Assembly (NCBI GenBank): GCA_041568535.1
Contig: JBFFZT010000001.1
Span: 1-25,910, forward strand
Reading direction: 5' to 3'
DNA length: 25,910 bases
DNA from: Burkholderiales bacterium
GTDB lineage: Bacteria; Pseudomonadota; Gammaproteobacteria; Burkholderiales; SG8-39
Both the position numbers and the translations under genes were made by a program. Shown in pieces: positions 14,353-23,247 of this stretch (position 1 is its first letter; the number at the start of each line of letters is the position of its first letter). The notes beneath the pieces were generated by a model that saw only the letters and a list, made by a program, of their open reading frames with translations, was not told the DNA's origin and did no database searches.

Positions 14353-15750
14353 ATGGCAGAAAAATTCGATGCCCTCATCATCGGCGCCGGGCAGGCGGGG
14401 CCGGCGCTCGCCGCGCGGCTCGACCGCGAGGGGCAGAAGACGGCGGTAATCGAGCGCAAGCTCATCGGCGGCACCTGCGTCAACACCGGCTGCATCCCCA
14501 CGAAGACGCTGGTGGCGAGCGCGCGCGCCGCGCACATGGCGCGGCGCGGGGCGGAGTTCGGCTTCGCCGCGGGCGAGGTGCGCGTCGACATGGGCGCGGT
14601 CAAGCGGCGCAAGGACGCGGTGGTGAAGCAATCGGTGGACGGCGTCACCAAGTGGATCACGGGCCTCAAGCACGTCGAGCTGATCCGCGGGCACGCGCGC
14701 TTTACCGGCGCGCACGCGCTGTCGGTCGACGGCCGGCAGCTCGCGGCGGAGCGCATCTTCATCAACGTCGGTGGCCGCGCCATGGTGCCCGACATCCCGG
14801 GCCTCGCGCAGGTGCCCTTTCTCACCAACACCTCGATGATGGAGGTGGACCGGCTGCCCGAGCATCTGGTGATCGTCGGCGGCAGCTACATCGGCCTCGA
14901 GTTCGCGCAGATGTACCGGCGCTTCGGTGCCGAGGTGACCGTGGTGGAGCGCGCGCCGAAGCTCCTGCCGCGCGAGGACGACGACGTCGCCGCGGGCATC
15001 CGCGACATCCTGGAGCGCGAGGGCATCGTCATCCGCACCGGCGCCGAGTGCATGGCGCTCTCGCGCCGCGGCGAGCGCATCGCGGTGGGCCTGTCGTGCA
15101 AGGAAGGCCCGCCGCTCGCCGAGGGCAGCCACGTGCTGCTCGCGGTCGGGCGCGTGCCCAATACGCAGGACCTCGGGCTGGATGCCGCGGGCATCGCCAC
15201 GGACGAGCGCGGCTACATCCAGGTGGACGAGCAGTGCCGCACGAGCGTCGAGGGCGTGTGGGCGCTCGGCGACGCGAACGGGCGCGGCGCCTTCACGCAC
15301 ACCTCCTACAACGACTACGAGATCGTCGCCGCCAACCTGTTCGACGACGACCCGCGCCGGCTCGCCGACCGCATCCCGTGCTACGCGCTGTTCATCGATC
15401 CGCCGCTCGGCCGCGCCGGCATGAACGAAGCGCAGGCGCGCGCCAGCGGCCGGCGCGTGCTCGCCGGCAAGATGCCGATGACGCGCGTCGGCCGCGCGCG
15501 CGAAGCGGGCGAGACCCAGGGCTTCCTGAAGGTGCTGGTGGACGCCGAATCGCAGGAGCTGCTCGGCGCCTCGCTGCTCGGCCTGAACGCCGACGAGATC
15601 GTGCACGCGCTCTTGGACGTCATGTACGCGAAGAAGCCCTACACCACGATCCAGCGCGCCGTGCACATCCACCCTACCGTGAGCGAGCTGGTGCCGACGC
15701 TGCTCGGCAGCCTCGCCCCGCTCAGCGATCCAGGCGGGCGAAAAGGATAG
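14353..15750 (+). CDS. FAD-dependent pyridine nucleotide-disulfide oxidoreductase (MerA/RclA/Lpd-like class I)
   Basis: IIGAGQAG, redox disulfide GGTCVNTGCIPTK, NAD(P)H motif VGGSYIGLEFA, VGRVPNT, ALGDANG, HIHPTVSE. Start ATG 14353 after GGAGG. Lacks the MerA metal-binding domain and C-terminal Cys pair. Confidence 0.92.
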   Translation: MAEKFDALIIGAGQAGPALAARLDREGQKTAVIERKLIGGTCVNTGCIPTKTLVASARAAHMARRGAEFGFAAGEVRVDMGAVKRRKDAVVKQSVDGVTKWITGLKHVELIRGHARFTGAHALSVDGRQLAAERIFINVGGRAMVPDIPGLAQVPFLTNTSMMEVDRLPEHLVIVGGSYIGLEFAQMYRRFGAEVTVVERAPKLLPREDDDVAAGIRDILEREGIVIRTGAECMALSRRGERIAVGLSCKEGPPLAEGSHVLLAVGRVPNTQDLGLDAAGIATDERGYIQVDEQCRTSVEGVWALGDANGRGAFTHTSYNDYEIVAANLFDDDPRRLADRIPCYALFIDPPLGRAGMNEAQARASGRRVLAGKMPMTRVGRAREAGETQGFLKVLVDAESQELLGASLLGLNADEIVHALLDVMYAKKPYTTIQRAVHIHPTVSELVPTLLGSLAPLSDPGGRKG

Positions 15751-16282
15751 GCGCGGCGAGCAGCAGGGCGACGAGCAGCAGCACCAGGACCGGCGCGCGC
15801 GTGGCGAGCAGCGCGAGCGGCGCCGCGACGAACAGGGCGCCCAGCAGCCAGGGCATGCGCGGCGCCTTGCCGAGGTCCGCGCCGAGCTTGCGCTTCAGCC
15901 AGCGCGCCAGCTTGCCCGGCGCCGGGCCGGTGCGGTGGCCGAGCGCGCGCGCGAGCGAGCGCTCCTCGAGCCAGGAAAACAGCACCAGGCTGAGCACGAA
16001 CAGGCTGCCGAGCAGCGCCACGGGCGCGAGCAGCAGGCCGAGGAGCGCCGCCACCGCGTTGGTCCCGAGGAACAGCACGATGGGCGTAAGGCCGCAGGCG
16101 ATGGCGGTGACCACGACGAGCACGAACGCCGGCGCCACCAGCCGCAGCCGGGGCGCGAGGTAGTCGCGGAACGCGTCGAGCTCGCGGTAGCGCCGGATCA
16201 GGCCGGCGGCGTCGTCCAGCGGCCCGGACAACTGCTGGCCGAGCCACTGCGGCACCGAGACCTGCGGTTGCGTCGTCGCCAT
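15722..16282 (-). CDS. Hypothetical membrane protein (about 4 TM)
   Basis: 186 aa with two pairs of hydrophobic segments around a basic loop. SD GGAAGGAGG 6-7 nt before the ATG. The 3' end overlaps the convergent oxidoreductase by 29 nt. Confidence 0.7.
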   Translation of the reverse strand: MATTQPQVSVPQWLGQQLSGPLDDAAGLIRRYRELDAFRDYLAPRLRLVAPAFVLVVVTAIACGLTPIVLFLGTNAVAALLGLLLAPVALLGSLFVLSLVLFSWLEERSLARALGHRTGPAPGKLARWLKRKLGADLGKAPRMPWLLGALFVAAPLALLATRAPVLVLLLVALLLAAPILFARLDR

Positions 16283-16391
16283 GCCCCGCCTCCTTCCCTG
16301 TCAGAAAATGCAAGGCAAGCATACGGAACTTCCGGCCAGAATGCCGGGAAAAATTACGCACTGGCAGCCCCCTCGCTTAGACTTGCCGCCC

Positions 16392-17771
16392 ATGAAACCC
16401 AACCTCGTCGTCATCCTCGTCGACGACCTGCGCTATGACGAGTTCGGCGCTGGCGGCCACCCGTACATGAAGACGCCGCACATCGACCGGCTGGCGGCCG
16501 AAGGGGTGCTGTTCGAGCGCGCCTTCCACACCACGCCGATCTGCTCGCCGAACCGCGCTTCCATCGTCACCGGCCAGTACGCGAGCCGCCACGGCATCAT
16601 CGACAACGTGGCGCGCGACGCCATGAGCCACCGGCTGCCGAACTACCACCTCGCGCTGCAGCAGCTCGGCTACGAGACCGCGCACGTCGGCAAGTGGCAC
16701 ATGGGCAACGACGGCATGCCGCGGCCCGGGTACCACCATTGGGTGAGCTTCGACGGGCACGGCAGCCTCGTCGACCCGAAGCTGAACGTGAACGGGCGCT
16801 ATGAGCCGCGCGCGGGCTACATGACCGACCTACTGAACCAGGAGGCGCTCGCGTTCGTCGAGCGCAGACGCTCGAAGCCGTTCGCGCTGTTCTTCGCGCA
16901 CAAGGCGGTGCATCCGGACGCGCACCAGGCCGCCGACGGCACGCTCGACATGAGCCGCTTCGGCGGCTACATCCCGGCCGAGCGCCACCGCGCGTTGTAC
17001 GCGGAGGGCGTGTTTCCGAAGACGCCCAACATGCGGCCCTACCGCGAGCTCGTGAAGCAGGCGCCGGCGTGGGCCGAAGCCTTCGAGCTGAAGGGCAGCG
17101 AGCGCTCGCGCGCGCTGCTGGAGGCGATCCAGGCGGGCTCGCAGGAGGAGATCCGGCAGCGCGCGCGCATGATGGCGTCGGTCGACGAGGGCGTGGGGAT
17201 GCTGCTCGACGCGCTCGCCCGGCTGAAGAAGCTGGACGACACGGCGATCGTGTTCCTCGGCGACAACGGGTACTTCTTCGGCGAGCACGGCCTGGGGCCC
17301 GAGCGGCGCTTCGCCTACGAGGAGGGCATCCGCTCGCCGTTCGTCGTGCGCTACCCGCGCAAGGCGCGGGCCGGCACGCGCAACCGCGACCTCGTCATCT
17401 GCCAGGACATCGCCCCCACCTTCATCGAGCTGGCGGGCGGCCGGCCCGGCGCCCACATCCAGGGCCGCTCGTTCGTGCCGCTGCTCACCGGGCGACGCAA
17501 GGGCTGGCGCAAGTCGATCCTCGTCGAGTACTGGGCCGAGCAGGCGATGCCGTGGCTCGTCGGCATGACCTACAAGGCGGTGCGCACCGACCGCCACAAG
17601 CTGATCCACTGGGTGAACCGCGGCGCCGCCGGCGAGCTCGACGAGCTCTACGACCTCGAGCGCGACCCGTGGGAGCTGAAGAACCTGGCGCGCGGCGCGC
17701 GCCATGCCGCCGTGCGCGCGCGGCTGCGACGCGAGCTGCGCAAGCTGGTCGCCGACGCGGCCGGCTTGTAG
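16392..17771 (+). CDS. Sulfatase (formylglycine-dependent, Cys type)
   Basis: MKPNLVVILVDDLRYD, signature ICSPNRASIVTGQY (CxPxR), GKWHMG, FLGDNGYFFGEHG, YEEGIRSP, ELYDLERDPWE. No signal peptide. Confidence 0.93.
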   Translation: MKPNLVVILVDDLRYDEFGAGGHPYMKTPHIDRLAAEGVLFERAFHTTPICSPNRASIVTGQYASRHGIIDNVARDAMSHRLPNYHLALQQLGYETAHVGKWHMGNDGMPRPGYHHWVSFDGHGSLVDPKLNVNGRYEPRAGYMTDLLNQEALAFVERRRSKPFALFFAHKAVHPDAHQAADGTLDMSRFGGYIPAERHRALYAEGVFPKTPNMRPYRELVKQAPAWAEAFELKGSERSRALLEAIQAGSQEEIRQRARMMASVDEGVGMLLDALARLKKLDDTAIVFLGDNGYFFGEHGLGPERRFAYEEGIRSPFVVRYPRKARAGTRNRDLVICQDIAPTFIELAGGRPGAHIQGRSFVPLLTGRRKGWRKSILVEYWAEQAMPWLVGMTYKAVRTDRHKLIHWVNRGAAGELDELYDLERDPWELKNLARGARHAAVRARLRRELRKLVADAAGL

Positions 17772-17794
17772 TCAAGGCAATCAGGGAGGCTGAC

Positions 17795-19018
17795 TTGGAA
17801 TCGATCGATCGCCCCACCATCCAGCGCTCGGCCATCGACCTCGCCGAGGACGTCAAGCTGCGCGCCCCCCAGGGCGCGGCCGAGAAGCTCGCGCACTACG
17901 GCGGCGCCGAGGTTGCCGCGGCGTTGCTCAAGCTCTCGCCCGGCTTCACGCAGGACGTGCTCACCTACCTGCCCGCCGATACGCGCGAGCGCGCGCTCGC
18001 CGCCGCCCCGGTCGAGATCGCGCGCCAGTGGCAGCGCAACGCGCTCTACGAGGAAGGCTCGATCGGCCGCATGATGGAGCCGCTGTACGCGTCGTTCCCG
18101 CCGCAGGCGACCGTCGGCGAGGCGATCGAGGCGCTGCACGAGCTGGTGAAGCACGCCTTCATCACCTACATCTACGTCGTCGACGACGAAGAGCGGCTGC
18201 TCGGCATCGTCACGATGCGCGACCTGCTGTTCAACGACCATGCGCGGGCGCTGCGCGACGTAATGCTCACCGACGTCTTCGCGCTGCACGCGCCGACCCC
18301 GCTCGACGAGGCGATGAAGCAGGTGCTCGATCGCCACTACCCGGTCTATCCGGTGGTGGACGCCGAGAACCGCATCCGCGGCCTGGTGCGCGGCCAGAGC
18401 ATGTTCGAGGCGCGCGCCTTCGACATTGCGGCGCAGCCCGGCAGCATGGTCGGCGTCGAGAAAGAGGAGCGCATGGGCACGCCGTGGCAGCGCAGCCTCA
18501 CCATGCGCCACCCCTGGCTGCAGCTGAACCTGCTCACGGCGTTCCTCGCCGCGGCCGTGGTCGGCATCTTCCAGGACACGATCGACCGGCTGGTGATCCT
18601 GGCGCTGTTCCTGCCCGTTCTCGCCGGCCAGTCGGGCAACACCGGCTGCCAGGCGCTCGCGGTGACGCTGCGCGGCATGACCATCGGCGAGTTGAAGCCC
18701 GGCTCGGAACGCGCGCTGATCAGCAAGGAGGCCTACCTCGGGCTGCTGAACGGCGCCGGCGTCGGGCTGGTGGCGGCGATCGGCATGTACGTCACGGCGA
18801 GCAGCCAGAACTCGGCGCACCCGTTCATGCTCGCTTTCGTCGTCTTCGCGGCCATGATCGGCTCGTGCGTGGCGAGCGGGCTGTCCGGGGCCATGGTGCC
18901 GCTCACGCTCAAGCGCCTGGGGTTCGACCCCGCCACGGCCTCGAGCATCTTCCTCACCACCGCCACCGACGTGGTGAGCATGGGAATGCTTCTCGGTCTC
19001 GCGGCGCTGCTGATTTAG
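17795..19018 (+). CDS. mgtE: Magnesium transporter MgtE
   Basis: TTG start 17795 after AGGGAGG. CBS pair (SIGRMM..., YIYVVDDEERLLGIVTMRDLL), RHPWLQLNL, GQSGNTGCQA, FDPATASSIFLTTATDVV with the conserved Mg-binding Asp. Confidence 0.92.
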   Translation: MESIDRPTIQRSAIDLAEDVKLRAPQGAAEKLAHYGGAEVAAALLKLSPGFTQDVLTYLPADTRERALAAAPVEIARQWQRNALYEEGSIGRMMEPLYASFPPQATVGEAIEALHELVKHAFITYIYVVDDEERLLGIVTMRDLLFNDHARALRDVMLTDVFALHAPTPLDEAMKQVLDRHYPVYPVVDAENRIRGLVRGQSMFEARAFDIAAQPGSMVGVEKEERMGTPWQRSLTMRHPWLQLNLLTAFLAAAVVGIFQDTIDRLVILALFLPVLAGQSGNTGCQALAVTLRGMTIGELKPGSERALISKEAYLGLLNGAGVGLVAAIGMYVTASSQNSAHPFMLAFVVFAAMIGSCVASGLSGAMVPLTLKRLGFDPATASSIFLTTATDVVSMGMLLGLAALLI

Positions 19019-19057
19019 GTCTACCATGCGTCGAGCACCCGCCCGGGGGAGGTCGCC

Positions 19058-19492
19058 ATGCAAGTGAAGGAGATCCTGCGCGTCAAGGGCAACCGGCTGT
19101 TGACGATCGAGCCGTCAGGCCGCGCGGTCGACGCGGTGAAGACCATGTCCGAGCAGAACCTGGGTTCGCTCATCGTGATGGAGCATGAGCGCATGGTCGG
19201 CGTGCTGACGTTCCGCGAGATCCTGCAGGCGCTGGCGCAGCGCAGCGGCACGCTCGGCGACCTGCGCGTCGCCGACGTCATGGTGCGCGACCCGGTGACC
19301 GCCACTCCCGACATGGAAGTGAACGACCTGCGGCGCACGATGCTCGATTCGGGGGCGCGCTATCTTCCGGTGGTGCAGGACGCGAAGCTCCTCGGAGTGA
19401 TCTCGTTCCGCGACGTCGCCAAGGCGGTGCTCGAGGAGCAGGACTTCGAGAACAAGATGCTGAAGGGATACATCAAGAATTGGCCCGCGTAG
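19058..19492 (+). CDS. Stand-alone CBS-domain protein
   Basis: MQVKEILRVKG, LGSLIVME, GVLTFREIL, RYLPVV, GVISFRDVAK. SD GGAGG upstream. Confidence 0.9.
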   Translation: MQVKEILRVKGNRLLTIEPSGRAVDAVKTMSEQNLGSLIVMEHERMVGVLTFREILQALAQRSGTLGDLRVADVMVRDPVTATPDMEVNDLRRTMLDSGARYLPVVQDAKLLGVISFRDVAKAVLEEQDFENKMLKGYIKNWPA

Positions 19493-20723
19493 GAAGTTCC
19501 TCCTCGGCGGCTCGGCGCTAGCCCTCGCCGCGGCCGGCGCCGCCGCCTGGCGGTTCTGGCCCGAGCAGGGCTTGTGGAATCCGTGCCTTGCGCAGCTGCC
19601 GCGCCGGCTCGCCGAGCACGAGCTGGTGCGCGCGGCCTGGGACGGCATCGACCCCGCGCAGGCCTGGGATGCCCACGCCCATCTCGTCGGCACCGGCGAT
19701 TCGGGCAGCGGCGTGGTGGTCAATCCGCGCATGGAGAGCCTGCTGCATCCGGGGGAGTACGCGCGGCGCCTGTTCTTTCTGAACGCGGGTTGCGCGCACG
19801 CCGCGCCGCCCGGCAGCGTCGATGGCGCCTACGTCGGCCGCATCCTCAACCTCATGCAGGGCATGCGCGCAGGCGCGAAGCTGCTGCTGTTCGCGTTCGA
19901 TCGCGCGCACGACGAGCGCGGTGAAGTGCGCTGGGAGCAGACCGGGTTCTACGTTCCCAACCCCTACGCGCGCGATGTTGCGCGCGCGCACCCGCAAGTG
20001 TTCGAGTGGGTGGCGTCGGTGCATCCCTACCGCGCCGACTGCGTGGCGGCGCTCGAGCGCGCCAAGGCCGAAGGCGCGCGCGCCGTGAAGTGGCTGCCAG
20101 CAGCGATGGGCATGGATCCGGGCTCGCCGCGCTGCGACCGCTTCTACCGCGCCGCGGCGCGCCTGGGGCTGCCGCTCATCTCGCACGCCGGGCTCGAGCG
20201 CGCGGTGATGGGCGCCGACGCCCAGGACTTCGGCAATCCGCTCAGGCTGCGCCGTGCGCTCGACGCCGGCGTGCGCGTGGTGGTGGCGCACTGCGCCTCG
20301 ATGGGCCAGGACCGCGACCTCGACCGGGGTGCGGGCGGGCCGCTGGTCGACAGCTTCGAGCTGTTCGCGCGCATGATGGACGAGGCGCGCTACGCGGGCC
20401 GGCTCTACGGCGACATCTCGGCGATGACGCAGGTGAACCGCGCCGGCGGCACGCTCGCGCGCGTGCTCGAGCGCCAGGACTGGCATGCACGATTGCTCAA
20501 CGGCTCGGACTATCCGCTGCCGGGGCTGATGCCGATCTTTTCCGTGGACTACATCGTGTCGCTCGGCCTGCTCGCGCCGGCGGCGGCGCCGGTGCTCACC
20601 GAGATCCGCCGGCACAATCCGCTGCTGTTCGACTTCGTGCTCAAGCGCAGCCTGCGCGCGCACGGCCGGGCGCTGGCCGCCGGCGTGTTCGAGACGCGGC
20701 GCTTCTTCGAGGGCGCCGTGTAG
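19479..20723 (+). CDS. Amidohydrolase (TIM-barrel metallo-hydrolase) with probable Tat signal; start uncertain (ATT 19479 or TTG 19572)
   Basis: Metal ligands DAHAH, KWLP, SHAG, AHCAS, NGSDYP. The frame is open upstream of 19572 and encodes [22 protein letters not shown]. The next in-frame stop upstream is at 19461-19463. Confidence 0.8.
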   Translation: MGPRRKFLLGGSALALAAAGAAAWRFWPEQGLWNPCLAQLPRRLAEHELVRAAWDGIDPAQAWDAHAHLVGTGDSGSGVVVNPRMESLLHPGEYARRLFFLNAGCAHAAPPGSVDGAYVGRILNLMQGMRAGAKLLLFAFDRAHDERGEVRWEQTGFYVPNPYARDVARAHPQVFEWVASVHPYRADCVAALERAKAEGARAVKWLPAAMGMDPGSPRCDRFYRAAARLGLPLISHAGLERAVMGADAQDFGNPLRLRRALDAGVRVVVAHCASMGQDRDLDRGAGGPLVDSFELFARMMDEARYAGRLYGDISAMTQVNRAGGTLARVLERQDWHARLLNGSDYPLPGLMPIFSVDYIVSLGLLAPAAAPVLTEIRRHNPLLFDFVLKRSLRAHGRALAAGVFETRRFFEGAV

Positions 20724-20726
20724 AAT
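20721..20726 (+). promoter_or_regulatory. -10 hexamer TAGAAT (sharing the upstream TAG stop), 7 nt before the aroC ATG
   Basis: TAGAAT-CTTTTGC-ATG with no SD at normal spacing. Confidence 0.55.
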
Positions 20727-20733
20727 CTTTTGC

Positions 20734-21819
20734 ATGTCCGGCAACAGCTTCGGCACGCTGTATTGCGTGACCTCGTTCGGCGAATCGCACGGCCCGGCCT
20801 ACGGTGGCGTGGTCGACGGCTGCCCGCCGGGGCTCGAGCTCTCGGCGGCCGACCTGCAGGCCGAGCTCGATCGCCGCAAGCCCGGCAGCTCGCGCCACGT
20901 CACGCAGCGGCGCGAAAGCGACGCCGTCGAGATCCTCTCCGGCCTGCACGAGGGCAAGACCACCGGCACGCCGATCGGCTTTCTGGTGAGGAACGAGGAC
21001 GCGCGCTCCAAGGATTACGCGGCCATCGCGGAGAAGTTCCGCCCGGGCCACGCCGACTACACCTACTGGCAGAAATACGGCGTGCGCGACCCGCGCGGCG
21101 GCGGCCGCGCCTCGGCGCGCGAGACCGTGGTGCGCGTGGCAGCCGGGGCCATCGCCAAGAAATGGCTCGGCGCGCGCTACGGCGTGCGCGTGCGCGGCTA
21201 CCTGGCGCAGCTCGGGCCGCACCGCATCGCGTTTCGCGATTGGGAGGCGGTCGGCGCGAACGCGTTCTTTGCGCCCGACGCCGGTATCGTCGCCGAGCTC
21301 GAGAAGTTCATGGACCAGCTGCGCGAGGCGGGCGACTCGTGCGGGGCGCGCGTCAACGTGGTGGCGCACAAGGTGCCGGTGGGCTGGGGCGAGCCGGTAT
21401 ACGGGCGCCTGGACGCCGACATCGCGGCGGCGATGATGTCGATCAACGCGGTCAAGGGCGTCGAGATCGGCGCCGGCTTCGCGTCGGTGGCGCAGAAGGG
21501 CAGCGAGCACGGCGACGAGATGACCCCGCAGGGGTTCCTCACCAATAACAATGGCGGCGTGCTGGGCGGCATCTCCACGGGCCAGGATGTGCTGGTGTCG
21601 GTCGCGCTCAAGCCCACCTCCAGCATCCGCCTGCCGCGACGCACGATCGACGTGCGCGGCGCGGCGACCACGGTGTCGACCGCCGGCCGCCACGATCCCT
21701 GCGTCGGCATCCGCGCGACGCCGATCGCCGAAGCGATGCTCGCGTGCGTGCTGATGGATCACGCGCTGCGGCACCGCGCGCAGTGCGGCGACGTGACGCC
21801 GCCGACGCGCCCGGTATAG
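20734..21819 (+). CDS. aroC: Chorismate synthase
   Basis: [58 protein letters not shown]. Confidence 0.98.
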   Translation: MSGNSFGTLYCVTSFGESHGPAYGGVVDGCPPGLELSAADLQAELDRRKPGSSRHVTQRRESDAVEILSGLHEGKTTGTPIGFLVRNEDARSKDYAAIAEKFRPGHADYTYWQKYGVRDPRGGGRASARETVVRVAAGAIAKKWLGARYGVRVRGYLAQLGPHRIAFRDWEAVGANAFFAPDAGIVAELEKFMDQLREAGDSCGARVNVVAHKVPVGWGEPVYGRLDADIAAAMMSINAVKGVEIGAGFASVAQKGSEHGDEMTPQGFLTNNNGGVLGGISTGQDVLVSVALKPTSSIRLPRRTIDVRGAATTVSTAGRHDPCVGIRATPIAEAMLACVLMDHALRHRAQCGDVTPPTRPV

Positions 21820-21845
21820 AAAAGCCGATTGGAATCCTTTACAGT
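21817..21845 (+). promoter_or_regulatory. Candidate sigma70 promoter for hfq: TAGAAA-N17-TACAGT
   Basis: -35-like TAGAAA 21817-21822 and -10 TACAGT 21840-21845, in the AT-rich gap before hfq (SD GAGG at 21867-21870). Confidence 0.55.
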
Positions 21846-21877
21846 ATCGCTCCACCCCACGCGCGTGAGGCAATAAC

Positions 21878-22117
21878 ATGAGTAGCAAGGGGCAGCTGCT
21901 ACAAGACCCGTTCCTGAACACCCTGCGCAAGGAACACGTTCCCGTCTCGATCTATCTGGTGAACGGCATCAAGCTCCAGGGGCAGATCGAATCCTTCGAC
22001 CAGTACGTGGTGCTGCTGCGCAACTCGGTGACGCAGATGGTCTACAAGCACGCGATCTCCACGGTCGTGCCCTCGCGCGCCGTCAGCGTCGGCGCCGACC
22101 CCGAAAAGGACGCTTGA
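21878..22117 (+). CDS. hfq: RNA chaperone Hfq
   Basis: [50 protein letters not shown]. Confidence 0.99.
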   Translation: MSSKGQLLQDPFLNTLRKEHVPVSIYLVNGIKLQGQIESFDQYVVLLRNSVTQMVYKHAISTVVPSRAVSVGADPEKDA

Positions 22118-23247
22118 TCCCCGCGGCGGCGCCCGACAACCAGGCCGCGGTGCTCGTGAGCCTGGATCTCGGCGGGGCGGCCCCCGAGGACGCCGCCGAA
22201 GAGCTGCTGCGGCTCGCCGCAAGCGCCGGCATCCGGCGCCACGCCGAGGTGCGCGGCAGCCGCGCGCGCCCCGACCCCAAGTACTTCGCCGGCAGCGGCA
22301 AGGTGGCCGAGATCGGCCGCGCCGCGGCCGCGCTCAACGCCGGCTGGGTGATCTTCAACCACCCGCTCTCGCCCGCGCAGGAGCGCAACCTGGAGCGCGC
22401 GCTGCAGTGCCGGGTGATGGACCGCGCCGAGCTGATCCTGGAGATCTTCGCGCAGCGCGCGCAGACCAGCGAGGGCAAGCTCCAGGTGGAGCTGGCGCAG
22501 CTCGAGCACCTGTCGACGCGCCTGGTGCGCGGCTGGACGCACCTCGAGCGCCAGCGCGGCGGCCTCGGCAAGACCGGCGGCCCGGGCGAGAAGCAGATCG
22601 AGCTGGACCGCCGCTACATCGCCAAGCGCGTACGCGTGCTGCACGACAAGCTCGACACCCTGCGCCGGCAGCGCGGCGTGCAGCGGCGCGCGCGCGCGCG
22701 CGGCGACGTGCTCTCGGTATCGCTGGTCGGCTACACCAACGCCGGCAAGTCGACGCTGTTCAACGCGCTCGTGCACGCCGGGGCGCGCGAGGCCGACCAG
22801 CTGTTCGCCACGCTCGACACCACCACGCGCCGCGTCTGGCTGCCCGAGGCGGGCACGGTCGTCGTCTCCGACACGGTCGGCTTCATCCGCGACCTGCCGC
22901 ACGGGCTGGTGGCGGCGTTTCGCGCCACGCTGGAGGAGACGGTGCACGCCGACCTGCTGCTGCACGTGGTGGACAGCGCCTCGCCGGTGCGCGAGCAGCA
23001 GGCGCTCGAGGTGGACAAGGTGCTCGCGGAGATCGACGCCGCGGCGATTCCGCAGATCCGGGTCTGGAACAAGATCGACGCCTCCGGCCTGCAGCCGGGG
23101 GTGGAGCGCGACGAGTATGGTAGGATTGCCCGCGTGTTCGTGAGCGCGCGCAGCGGCGCCGGCCTCGCCGATCTGCGGGCGGCGATCGCCGAAGCCGCCA
23201 GAGCGCGGCAGCCCCGCATCCCTTCTCCGGAACCGATTTCACTGTAA
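22114..23247 (+). CDS. hflX: Ribosome-splitting GTPase HflX
   Basis: TTG start overlapping the hfq stop (TTGA). [33 protein letters not shown]1 [16 protein letters not shown]3 DTVG, G4 NKID. Confidence 0.97.
   Translation: MIPAAAPDNQAAVLVSLDLGGAAPEDAAEELLRLAASAGIRRHAEVRGSRARPDPKYFAGSGKVAEIGRAAAALNAGWVIFNHPLSPAQERNLERALQCRVMDRAELILEIFAQRAQTSEGKLQVELAQLEHLSTRLVRGWTHLERQRGGLGKTGGPGEKQIELDRRYIAKRVRVLHDKLDTLRRQRGVQRRARARGDVLSVSLVGYTNAGKSTLFNALVHAGAREADQLFATLDTTTRRVWLPEAGTVVVSDTVGFIRDLPHGLVAAFRATLEETVHADLLLHVVDSASPVREQQALEVDKVLAEIDAAAIPQIRVWNKIDASGLQPGVERDEYGRIARVFVSARSGAGLADLRAAIAEAARARQPRIPSPEPISL

Noticed and set aside
11386-15750. Two apparent giant ORFs (1454 aa on +, 1305 aa on -)
   Set aside because: Each is a real gene (reductase from 14353, aminopeptidase from 14313) extended upstream through the stop-poor antisense frame of its divergent neighbour. 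The extensions are Arg/Ala/Gly-rich with no motifs.
14353-15750. Mercuric reductase / mer operon
   Set aside because: No N-terminal metal-binding domain, no C-terminal Cys-Cys, and no merR/T/P nearby.
16325-16355. GGAACTT as an ECF (sigmaE-type) -35 element, and a nearby TTCCGGC/GCCGGGAA hairpin
   Set aside because: No matching TCAAA/GTC-type -10 at the expected spacing, and the hairpin is short and imperfect.
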